A stretch of DNA of 53,945 nt from Pseudomonadota bacterium (GTDB taxonomy: Bacteria; Pseudomonadota; Alphaproteobacteria; Caulobacterales; Hyphomonadaceae). Made by a program: the position numbers and the translations under genes. The stretch covers positions 1 through 53,945 of the forward strand of contig JBCCTK010000001.1 of NCBI GenBank assembly GCA_039198685.1, written 5' to 3'. Below, one piece after another: positions 9,338 through 18,471 of this stretch (positions within the stretch are counted from its first letter, which is position 1; each line of letters begins with the position of its first letter). The notes under the pieces were generated by a model, which was not told the origin of the DNA, made no database searches, and saw nothing but the letters and a program-made list of their open reading frames with translations.

Positions 9338-9917
9338 GGCTTCTGATAAGCATGATTCATCTTTCGACTGCGAGGGCGTTCAAGGCAGACGCAGCAATGC
9401 GCAACTGGCTTGGAACACGGTTCGGAGATGGGACCGAGCGCCGACCCGGAAAAGATCGCTGGGCGGTTGGCCGGTGCGTTGCCGGTGAAACCTCTTTCCA
9501 TGCTCTAAGGGGGTGTATGGGTCGTGAAGCCTTGGAATAGGGAGCCATGCATTCTGAGGCGCGCTTTGAGGGGCTTGGGTGGCGTCCAGGCGCCAACAGA
9601 CCCAATGGTCACCAATGCGGGTGTCGAGACCGGTATGCGGATGCCTTGTGGTGACGAGGCCAAACAGAAGTCCACCCCATGGATCGCAGAGATTCTCTCA
9701 AAGTGTCGTGAGAGGTGTTGATCATAAGCGGCACCGATACGTCTGGTGAGCGCCCAACAGAGAGTTTCGCCACGATCGGTAGAGGCTGACCATAGGGCAA
9801 CACGCGCAAAAGTAGGAAAGGTCGCCGTGCGACCGTTTCGTGTTTTACACATCAAAGGATACAGCGTACGTTGACGCAAACGGAAAGCAGCCAATCCGCA
9901 CCCGGGAGGACGAGTGA

Positions 9918-11222
9918 ATGCCCTATACTGATCCGAATGTCGGCGAGATGAACGAAGACCTATTCGACCTTCGTATGTCGGAAGAAGCCCGGCCACTCTT
10001 CGAGCACGTAAAGCGGTTTATCGCAGAGACCGTCGAGCCGATGTATGCCGAGTTTGTGGAACTGGGCAAAAACCACACCGATCCCTGGAGTTATGCACCG
10101 GGGCAGCTGGAAGCTTTGGAGAAGGCAAAGAACAAGGCGAAAGCCGAAGGGCTGTGGAATTTCTTTCTCCCCGATGCTGAAACCGGCGAAGGCTTGAAGA
10201 ACCTCGATTACGCCTATATCGCGGCCGAGCTGGGGAAGAACCCGCTTGCGTCGGAAAGCATGAACTGCTCAGCGCCCGATACCGGCAATATGGAAGTCCT
10301 CGAACGCGTTGGAACGCCAGAGCAGAAAGAGCGTTGGCTCAAGCCTTTGCTGGCCGGCGAGATCCGCTCGGCCTTTGCCATGACAGAACCGGGCATTCCC
10401 AGTTCGGATGCCAAGAACATATCAACCTCAGCAGTGCTTGAGGGTGATGAGTGGGTTATCAATGGCGAGACATTCTATATTTCGGGCGCGGGTGATCCGC
10501 GCTGCAAGATCATGATCACGATGGTCAAGACGAGCCCTGATGCGGCGCCGCATCAGCAGCAATCCCAGATTTTGGTGCCAACGGATACGCCTGGGGTGAA
10601 GATCCTGGATGGGATGAAAGTGTTTGGCGACTATGATGCGCCCCACGGCCACATGCATATCGTTTTCGACAATGTACGCGTGCCGAAGGAGAATATGCTG
10701 CTTGGCGAGGGCCGCGGCTTTGAAATCTCCCAACTCCGCCTCGGCCCAGGCCGCATCCACCACTGCATGCGGTCACTGGGCGCGGCAGAGAAAGCCCTGG
10801 AACTCATGGTCATACGCGGAATGGGCCGCCAAGCCTTTGGACGCGACCTGATAAAGCTGGGTGGCAATATCGAGAAAGTGTCACGTGCGCGGATCGAGAT
10901 TGAAGCCATGCGCATGATGGTTCTTAAGGCGGCCAAGGCGATGGACGTGCTCGGCAATGCGGAAGCCCGTGTCTGGATCTCGATGGTCAAGGCCATGGTG
11001 CCCGAGAAGGTGTGCCAGATCATCGATGAAGCGATCCAGATGCACGGTGCTGCCGGTGTATCCCAATGGACGCCGCTCGCGCGCATGTATACCAGTCAGC
11101 GTACACTTCGTCTGGCCGATGGCCCAGACGAAGTGCACCACATGGTCGTAGGCCGCGCTGAAACACGCAAATATACCGGTGAGGAAGAAGACCCAGCCAT
11201 GGCGTCCGTCTGGCGCAAGTAG
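9918..11222 (+). CDS. Acyl-CoA dehydrogenase family protein
   Basis: 434-aa ORF with AFAMTEPGIPSSDA, FISGAGD, and the C-terminal helical domain QMHGAAGVS...LRLADGPDEVH. GGGAGG RBS upstream. Confidence 0.9.
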   Translation: MPYTDPNVGEMNEDLFDLRMSEEARPLFEHVKRFIAETVEPMYAEFVELGKNHTDPWSYAPGQLEALEKAKNKAKAEGLWNFFLPDAETGEGLKNLDYAYIAAELGKNPLASESMNCSAPDTGNMEVLERVGTPEQKERWLKPLLAGEIRSAFAMTEPGIPSSDAKNISTSAVLEGDEWVINGETFYISGAGDPRCKIMITMVKTSPDAAPHQQQSQILVPTDTPGVKILDGMKVFGDYDAPHGHMHIVFDNVRVPKENMLLGEGRGFEISQLRLGPGRIHHCMRSLGAAEKALELMVIRGMGRQAFGRDLIKLGGNIEKVSRARIEIEAMRMMVLKAAKAMDVLGNAEARVWISMVKAMVPEKVCQIIDEAIQMHGAAGVSQWTPLARMYTSQRTLRLADGPDEVHHMVVGRAETRKYTGEEEDPAMASVWRK

Positions 11223-11228
11223 GCTCGG

Positions 11229-11891
11229 CTATTCACTGAGGCCTGAGACAAACCAATATGTGACGGCGGCGAGCAGGATGATCAATCCCACTCGCCGTAT
11301 CCATTTCGGGAAACGGTCCCACAGTCGCGCCAGGTCGTCGCCGAAGATGTAAAGCAGCGATCCTAGAATGGCGAAACGCAGTAGCCGGCTCGTGGTGAAC
11401 GCGGCCAGAAACACTGGGAACGAATATCCGCTGGCGCCTGCTGCAATATTGATGATGTAGCTGGGTGCTGGCGTAATCCCGCCCAGGAACACAAAGGAAG
11501 CCCCGCGTTCTGCGAAGCGGGCCATGTAGTCTGCCAGCAGGTCTTGTGCACCCACGCGTGCCGCCAAGGCATCGGCATAGTGCGCGCCGAGCTGGTACAT
11601 GATCGCGCCGGCAGCCGCGCTGCCAAGTGCCGTAATGAGAACGTAGACCCAGATTTGACTTCGGCAGGCCAGGCAAAGCGCGATGAATACGGCCTCATAG
11701 GGATATGGGAAGAAGGTTGTCTCAGCGACCTGTGCGAGAAAAAGAACGGGTATCAGCCAAGGTGACCCGGCCCAACGCAGGAGCCGGCTTGGTGCGGATT
11801 CTGAGACGTCATGTGACTGCACACCTCTGACCATAAGCACTTTGAGCGTGCTCACCAAGGGACCCGGCTCTATTTGAAAGGCCGCATTCAT
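11229..11891 (-). CDS. DedA/YqaA (VTT-domain) family membrane protein
   Basis: 220-aa ORF: FFPYPYEAVFIAL, FLGGITPAPSYIINIAAGASGYSF. The start is uncertain (an internal ATG 19 codons in is possible). Confidence 0.65.
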   Translation of the reverse strand: MNAAFQIEPGPLVSTLKVLMVRGVQSHDVSESAPSRLLRWAGSPWLIPVLFLAQVAETTFFPYPYEAVFIALCLACRSQIWVYVLITALGSAAAGAIMYQLGAHYADALAARVGAQDLLADYMARFAERGASFVFLGGITPAPSYIINIAAGASGYSFPVFLAAFTTSRLLRFAILGSLLYIFGDDLARLWDRFPKWIRRVGLIILLAAVTYWFVSGLSE

Positions 11892-12150
11892 GAGACTATG
11901 ATCGAGTTTTGGCGAGGCATTTCATGGACCAGCGAATAAGTGCTTCGACGCTCGACGTCTTTTTGCCATACACGTTGAATGTGAACTGACGCGCTGGAGT
12001 CTCACAAGTTGTTGTTTTATCGTCTGCGCACACGTCCTGTGGATTTATGCTTAACTGGAAATTAACATATTAGGTAATTTTACGTACTGATCCCCACATT
12101 GGCGGCATATATTATGCTTTCGACTGAAACAGATCGGTAGGAGGTGTTCC

Positions 12151-12723
12151 ATGTTCCGCGCAGTGTTGATGAGCGCAATCGCTCTGTTTACCGCACAAGC
12201 CACCTTCGCAGATCCCCAAGCGGAAGCCGTTATTTCGAATGCCGCGCTCGAGCTTGCCGCGGGCGAACTGGATGCTCACGAGTTGACTGAATTGGTGGAT
12301 ACGAATGCGATCGCGCGGTTTACTCTGGGGCGACACGTGCGCGGCCTGGCCGACGAAAGGGTCTCTGCCTATGCCAACGCGTTCAAAGGGTTTCTGGAAT
12401 CCACATTTGACAGCTATGCCCATCGTTTCACGGGCGCCAACATCGCGATGACCGGCTCGGTGGACCGCTCCACCAGAGATTCCATCGTCACCACGCGCGT
12501 GTCGATGCCGGGCGGCACACCAGAGATGGTGCGCTGGCGGTTGATGGACCGTGGTGGCGCATGGAAAGTGGTCGATGTTCAGGTTCAAGGTCTTTGGTTG
12601 GCGATCGAACAGCGCGCCCAGATCGATGCCCTCCTGGACCGATCTGGGAGTATTGATCAAGCCATTGAGAGCCTTGGCACACCCGCGCGCGACTTCGCCG
12701 ATACATCCGACCAACGCGGCTGA
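12151..12723 (+). CDS. MlaC/Ttg2D-like periplasmic lipid-binding protein
   Basis: Signal peptide MFRAVLMSAIALFTAQATFA, then the MlaC-like pattern (ARFTLGRHVRGL, FKGFLESTFDSYAHRF, WRLMDRGGAWKVVDVQVQGLWL). AGGAGG RBS. Confidence 0.7.
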   Translation: MFRAVLMSAIALFTAQATFADPQAEAVISNAALELAAGELDAHELTELVDTNAIARFTLGRHVRGLADERVSAYANAFKGFLESTFDSYAHRFTGANIAMTGSVDRSTRDSIVTTRVSMPGGTPEMVRWRLMDRGGAWKVVDVQVQGLWLAIEQRAQIDALLDRSGSIDQAIESLGTPARDFADTSDQRG

Positions 12724-14616
12724 TCAGCCGGAGTGGAAATGCCCATAGATCCGTTCGGCAAGGGCTGCGTTAATACCCTCCACCTCTGAAATGTCCGACA
12801 GTTTGGCCCGGGCGACGCCTCGGGCTGAGCCGAAGCGGTGCAGGAGCGCCTTTTTGCGCGCCGGGCCTATCCCCTCGATTTCGTCGAGCGGGCTTTTCTT
12901 GATGTCCGCTGATCTTTTGGTTCGATGGGCGCCGATGGCCCAGCGGTGGGCTTCATCGCGCAGGCGTTGGAGATAGTAGAGCACCGGGGCATTGGGCGGC
13001 AGCTGAAAAGGGGGCCGGTTGGGCCGGAAGAACTTTTCGCGCCCTGCATTCCGGTCTGGTCCCTTGGCGATTGCGACGAGATTGATGTCGTTTGGGGTCA
13101 GCTCAAGCTCCGCTAGCGTCTCCGTTACGGCGGAAAGCTGGCCCAACCCGCCATCGATCAGCACCAGGTTTGGATAGGTGGGCAATTCATCCATCGGCTT
13201 TCCTGCTTCGTCCGATTCCTTCAATAGCCTGGAAAAGCGCCGGCGCATCACTTCGCGCATCATGCCGTAATCGTCGCCGGGCTCCAGCGATTCATCCTTG
13301 ATGTTGAACTTCCTGTACTGGGGCTTGTCGAAGCCTTCGGGCCCCGCGACCACCATGCCACCGACGGCGTTGCTGCCCTGGATGTGGGAGTTGTCATAGA
13401 CTTCGATCCGCTGGAGCGCGCCGGGTAATTCGAAGGTTTGCTGCAATTCGGTCAGCAGGCGTGCCTGACTGGCGGCCTCTGCCAGTTTGCGGGCCAGCGC
13501 TTCGCGTGCATTGCGATGGGCTTCGCCAACAAGATCGCGTTTTCCGCCACGCTGGGGTGTTTTGATTTCCACCCTGTGAGGCGTACGCAGTTCGAGCGCA
13601 TCGGCGATCAACGCACATTGGTCCGGAACCTGGTTGGTGAGGATAAGGCGAGGGGCAGGGCGTTTGTCATAGAATTGGACGAGGAATGCCGCGAATATTT
13701 CAGCATCACCTTGGTCGTCTTCATGGCGTGGGAAATGGACAGACGTGCCCCAATTCTGGCCTGCGCGAATGAAAAACACCTGAACGCAGGACGCCCCACC
13801 ATCGCGGGCAAACGCAAACACGTCGGCTTCCTCGATCCCGTCCGGGTTCACATCCTGGCTGGCGCGCACGACGCTGAGTGCTCGGATCCGGTCACGCAGT
13901 TTCGCGGCTTTCTCAAACTCCATCTCCACCGCAGCTGCGTCCATCTCGCTGGCGAGTTGGTCCTGGAGATGAGCTGACTTCCCGCGCAGGAAGTCAGCCG
14001 CCTGATCCGCCAGCGCCCGGTAGTCCTCTACACTGATCTCACCCGTACAAGGCGCTGAGCACCGCTTGATCTGATGGAGCATGCAAGGGCGCGAACGAAC
14101 GGCATAGACACTGTCCTCGCAGGTGCGCAGCAGGAAGGCCTTTTGCAGTGTGTCGAGGGTGCGCATGACAGCGTTTGCGCTGGCAAACGGGCCAAAATAG
14201 TCACCTCGGTCGCGTTTTTCGCCGCGATATTTGAGAATTTGCGGAGCCTCATGGTCACGCCGTATCAGGATGTAGGGAAACGACTTGTCGTCGCGCAACA
14301 AGATATTAAAGCGCGGCTTGAAGCGCTTGATCAGGTTCGCTTCGAGAAGGAGGGCTTCGGTCTCGGTTTCGGTGACCACGAATTCCATGGCGGCGGTCAG
14401 GGAGATCATCCGGGCAATACGCTGGGTGTGGCCGCCAAGACGCGTATAGTTGCTCACGCGGTTCTTCAGGTTCTTGGCCTTGCCGACATAAAGAACCTCC
14501 TGGTCCTCGCCATACATCCTGTAAACGCCCGGCCGCGGGGGCAGGCGTGAGAGATTGTCCTTGATGATCTCAATGCCACGCTTTGGGGTCATGGCGTTGG
14601 AAGACGATTTGGGCAT
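12724..14616 (-). CDS. uvrC: Excinuclease ABC subunit C
   Basis: 630-aa ORF: GIY-YIG N-terminus PGVYRMYGEDQEVLYVGKAKNLKNRV, UVR domain, endonuclease V-like domain, C-terminal (HhH)2 IEGIGPARKKALLHRFGS. Confidence 0.97.
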   Translation of the reverse strand: MPKSSSNAMTPKRGIEIIKDNLSRLPPRPGVYRMYGEDQEVLYVGKAKNLKNRVSNYTRLGGHTQRIARMISLTAAMEFVVTETETEALLLEANLIKRFKPRFNILLRDDKSFPYILIRRDHEAPQILKYRGEKRDRGDYFGPFASANAVMRTLDTLQKAFLLRTCEDSVYAVRSRPCMLHQIKRCSAPCTGEISVEDYRALADQAADFLRGKSAHLQDQLASEMDAAAVEMEFEKAAKLRDRIRALSVVRASQDVNPDGIEEADVFAFARDGGASCVQVFFIRAGQNWGTSVHFPRHEDDQGDAEIFAAFLVQFYDKRPAPRLILTNQVPDQCALIADALELRTPHRVEIKTPQRGGKRDLVGEAHRNAREALARKLAEAASQARLLTELQQTFELPGALQRIEVYDNSHIQGSNAVGGMVVAGPEGFDKPQYRKFNIKDESLEPGDDYGMMREVMRRRFSRLLKESDEAGKPMDELPTYPNLVLIDGGLGQLSAVTETLAELELTPNDINLVAIAKGPDRNAGREKFFRPNRPPFQLPPNAPVLYYLQRLRDEAHRWAIGAHRTKRSADIKKSPLDEIEGIGPARKKALLHRFGSARGVARAKLSDISEVEGINAALAERIYGHFHSG

Positions 14617-14656
14617 TGCGCCTATTTATTGCGTATTGCCCCGTGTTTCGAGAGCG

Positions 14657-14818
14657 AGAGCCCTTTCCCTTGAATTTGAGCCGCCTGATCACCGGCCTTT
14701 AGCGCCAATGAAGCGTCGCAATCCTCCCAGCATAATCGCTTGCTGTTCCGGTCTGCTCGTGGCCCTGGCACAAAAATCCAGCGCTCAGACGACTCAAATT
14801 CAAGGGAAAGGGCTCTAG
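14657..14818. repeat. Copy D of the repeat family: perfect 24-bp inverted repeat with a 112-nt spacer
   Basis: AGAGCCCTTTCCCTTGAATTTGAG (14657-14680) is the exact reverse complement of 14793-14816. The right arm extends into CTAG 14815-14818, which provides the TAG stop of the 97-aa gene. The arm is a diverged version of the 40-nt module seen at 2411, 17044 and 43043. Confidence 0.7.
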
Positions 14819-15108
14819 CCCAAGAGGTTGCCGAGGCTTGCGATATTTGGGGTCAGGAAAAATCCGGCGCCAAGCCCGAAGATCAAAACGATTCCGAGTG
14901 CCATATTGAATTGACGGCCCATCGCTCTTTCATCGTCATCATACTCGCTGGGGCGCAAGAAAGCGAGCCAGATCAGAATGAGAAAACAGATACAGATGGC
15001 CAGCACTTGTTGGGCAGGCGTCATGCTTGCCAGGGTTTCATGAATCCATGTCAGGAACGCGTCAAAGTCGCGTTTTGCAGTGCGTATGTTGGCATTCACC
15101 GCCATCAT
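14815..15108 (-). CDS. Hypothetical small membrane protein (two predicted TM helices)
   Basis: 97-aa ORF with an AAGGA RBS. Hydrophobic stretches VLAICICFLILIWLAFL and ALGIVLIFGLGAGFFL. No family recognised. Confidence 0.5.
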   Translation of the reverse strand: MMAVNANIRTAKRDFDAFLTWIHETLASMTPAQQVLAICICFLILIWLAFLRPSEYDDDERAMGRQFNMALGIVLIFGLGAGFFLTPNIASLGNLLG

Positions 15109-15193
15109 TCACGTCCTTAAAGCGCCTTGGAGCCACTTTTGAAGCCATGAAGATACCAAAGCGCGCTTAGCGAGCGCTTAAGGCAATCGGTAA

Positions 15194-16471
<1,278 letters not shown>

Positions 16472-16578
16472 ACTATAGAGCCATCAATAAAACCAATAGG
16501 TGACGCCTTTGCTTTTGATTGGATCCCCGGCCCACACATCGCCATCTCTGACCTATCGAAATGAGTGCAAGGAGATGA

Positions 16579-17046
16579 ATGGTGACCATTGAAATTGGAT
16601 TGGCAGACGAACAGCGTGAGCAGTCCGTTAAGGCGTTGAAAGGGCTGCTTGGCGAGACCTACGCGCTGTATGTGAAAACCCATGGATACCATTGGAATGT
16701 CACAGGGCCGCGTTTTTCAGAACTCCATGCCCTCTTCATGGGGCAGTATACCGAGCTCTGGCACGCCCTCGACGAGATTGCAGAACGTATCAGAGCGCTT
16801 GGCCACTTTGCGCCGGGGTCTACGGAAGGCCTTTTGGCAGAGGCCACGATTAAACCGGACAATGGCGTTCCTGAAGCCGAAGCGATGGTTGTGAATCTGA
16901 TGCGGGGACATGAAGTCGTCTCTAAAACGGCCAAGGCTGGGTTGAAGATTGCGCAAACGGCCCAAGACGATGTTACCGCTGATCTTCTCGGACAGCGGGC
17001 GGCCGTTGCCGAGAAAACCGCTTGGATGCTGCGCTCGAGTATCTAG
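16579..17046 (+). CDS. dps: Dps family DNA-protection/ferritin-like protein
   Basis: 155-aa ORF: LLGETYALYVKTHGYHWNVTGPRFSELHALF and DEIAERIRALG are ferroxidase-site motifs of Dps. The stop TAG at 17044-17046 is part of repeat copy B. Confidence 0.9.
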   Translation: MVTIEIGLADEQREQSVKALKGLLGETYALYVKTHGYHWNVTGPRFSELHALFMGQYTELWHALDEIAERIRALGHFAPGSTEGLLAEATIKPDNGVPEAEAMVVNLMRGHEVVSKTAKAGLKIAQTAQDDVTADLLGQRAAVAEKTAWMLRSSI

Positions 17047-17233
17047 GGTATTTTTCGTCAATTTGCATCGTTTGGCGGAGTGTATCGAGCGCCCTGCGAG
17101 CCGCTTGCCTTTTTCGCCAGGCTCGTCGTCACGCACCGCCTGACGATGCGCGCATCGCCGAACGCCACGCGCCTGGCCCTGACGAAAAAATCAAACGACT
17201 AAACGGCGCAAATGGGCGGGAAAGGGCCCTGAT
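17043..17233 (+). repeat. Copy B of the repeat family (about 190 nt, imperfect terminal inverted modules)
   Basis: The left module CTAGGGTATTTTTCGTCAATTTGCATCGTTTGGCGG starts on the dps stop. The right module AAACGGCGCAAATGGGCGGGAAAGGGCCCT (17201-17230) is the inverted copy, with 3 mismatches to the 43052-43081 equivalent. The interior is homologous to copy A. Confidence 0.65.
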
Positions 17234-17235
17234 CT

Positions 17236-17350
17236 CCGAAAGAAAAAGCCGGGCTGCCATTGAAGGCGCCCGGCTAAAAGTTTGGTCCCTCTGGGGAGGA
17301 AACGCCCAATCGGAGGAGACTGGGTAAGGCCGGGGACCGCGGCTCTTATG
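17236..17350 (-). ncRNA. Candidate small RNA with two CUCCUCC-type (anti-Shine-Dalgarno-like) motifs and an intrinsic terminator
   Basis: Minus strand reads ...GGUCCCCGGCCUUACCCAGUCUCCUCCGAUUGGGCGUUUCCUCCCCAGAGGGACC..., then hairpin GCCGGGC(N13)GCCCGGC (17248-17274) followed by UUUUUCUUUC. Possible promoter: TTGTAT (17383-17378), 16 nt, TATATT (17361-17356). No convincing ORF. Confidence 0.35.
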
Positions 17351-17433
17351 ATTGGAATATAGTTGAGTAGCCTTGCAATACAACCGGGCAATCACGGTTA
17401 AGTTATGTCTATATGAATAGCTGGCTTGCGCCG

Positions 17434-18348
17434 TTAACTTTGATTCACGTCGTCGGACTTCCGCAAAGCCTCAATCTCAGCCGTGAGAAAATTTCTGAAG
17501 GACGCAATTCGCTTGGAGCGACGAAGGTCACTCGGATAGATAAAATAGAGATCGAATCCAGGCCCGGTAAATTGCGGCAGGATTTTTACAAGGCCCGGAA
17601 CAATGCCTGCCATATAGTCCGGCACATCAGCGATACCGAGGCCGGCCTCAACTGCGCGTAGCATTGCGAACACATTATTGACTTGTAGTGACGCCGTTCG
17701 GGGTAAGTCGTCATCGCGGCCCAGTTGTCGGGCAAAATTCATGATCCGCATCTGCGAGGGCAAACCCTCCTGGCGAAACCCGATGACGCGATGGTCGTCG
17801 AGGTCGTCTGGCACCTGAGGCGCCCCGAATTTTTCAAGGTAGCTCGGCGCGGCATAAAGGGACGTCTCCACCGACGCCAACTTCCTCTGGATCAAATCGG
17901 CTTTGTCAGCGGCCCACAGCCGGATGGCACACTCTGCCTCCAGTTTCAGGAGATCATACTCCTTGTCGTCCAGGCGCAAATCCAGCTGGAGATCCGGATA
18001 GGTTTCCATGAATTTACCCAGGCGCGGGACCAGCCAGGTTGAACCAAATGCCACGGGCGCGGTAACCACGAGCTCGCCCTGGGGCGTGTTTTGTTGGTCT
18101 TGAAGCGCGGAATTCGCCGTCGCCGCGGCCGCCGCCATATCCACAGTCGACCGGTGAAGTGTGTGACCCGCATCTGTCATAACCAGACCGCGTGCGTGGC
18201 GTTGGAACAGCGAAACGCTAAGATGTTCCTCAAGTGCGGCGATCTGGCGGGACACGGCCGATTGGGAGATTCCCAGCCGATCACCAGCGGCTGTCAAGCT
18301 GCCAGACTCCGCGGCAGCGTGGAAAGATTTCAGCTTATCCCAATCCAT
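17434..18348 (-). CDS. LysR family transcriptional regulator
   Basis: MDWDKLKSFHAAAESGSLTAAGDRLGISQSAVSRQIAALE is a canonical LysR HTH, followed by a substrate-binding domain. The ORF track extends to 18384, but the family normally starts at the MDWDKL position. Confidence 0.9.
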   Translation of the reverse strand: MDWDKLKSFHAAAESGSLTAAGDRLGISQSAVSRQIAALEEHLSVSLFQRHARGLVMTDAGHTLHRSTVDMAAAAATANSALQDQQNTPQGELVVTAPVAFGSTWLVPRLGKFMETYPDLQLDLRLDDKEYDLLKLEAECAIRLWAADKADLIQRKLASVETSLYAAPSYLEKFGAPQVPDDLDDHRVIGFRQEGLPSQMRIMNFARQLGRDDDLPRTASLQVNNVFAMLRAVEAGLGIADVPDYMAGIVPGLVKILPQFTGPGFDLYFIYPSDLRRSKRIASFRNFLTAEIEALRKSDDVNQS

Positions 18349-18471
18349 GCAGAGGGGTGTGCCGTGGGCCATGCAATAATGCAAGCACGTTCCAGGTGAA
18401 CCGGCTTGACGGACGACTGTGCGCTCTGTCCACTGGTCAGGGCGAATAATGGTCTATGCAAAGGAAACAGT

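Noticed and set aside
9338-9917. Riboswitch guesses: a cobalamin-like GCCGGTGAAACC, and a ZTP-like GGGTCGTGA.
   Set aside because: Only short fragments resemble the motifs. The B12 box and the ZTP pseudoknot partner are absent, and the flanking genes are not of the regulated classes. The region is kept only as an unexplained long gap.
14708-14818. A 36-aa plus-strand ORF (MKRRNPPSIIACCSGLLVALAQKSSAQTTQIQGKGL) inside the loop of the 24-bp inverted repeat, considered as a possible type I toxin or lipoprotein-like peptide.
   Set aside because: There is no RBS upstream, it ends inside the repeat arm, and there is no supporting conservation. It is most likely a by-product of the repeat sequence.
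17022-17327. A 101-aa ORF across repeat copy B, sharing SICIVWR and FRQARR.APPD peptides with a frame of copy A. I considered a conserved element-encoded peptide, or stop-codon readthrough extensions of dps and GT2.
   Set aside because: The similarity simply mirrors DNA identity. Copy A has no start codon in that frame. The frame relative to the upstream TAG differs between the dps and GT2 copies because of a 1-nt indel in the module.
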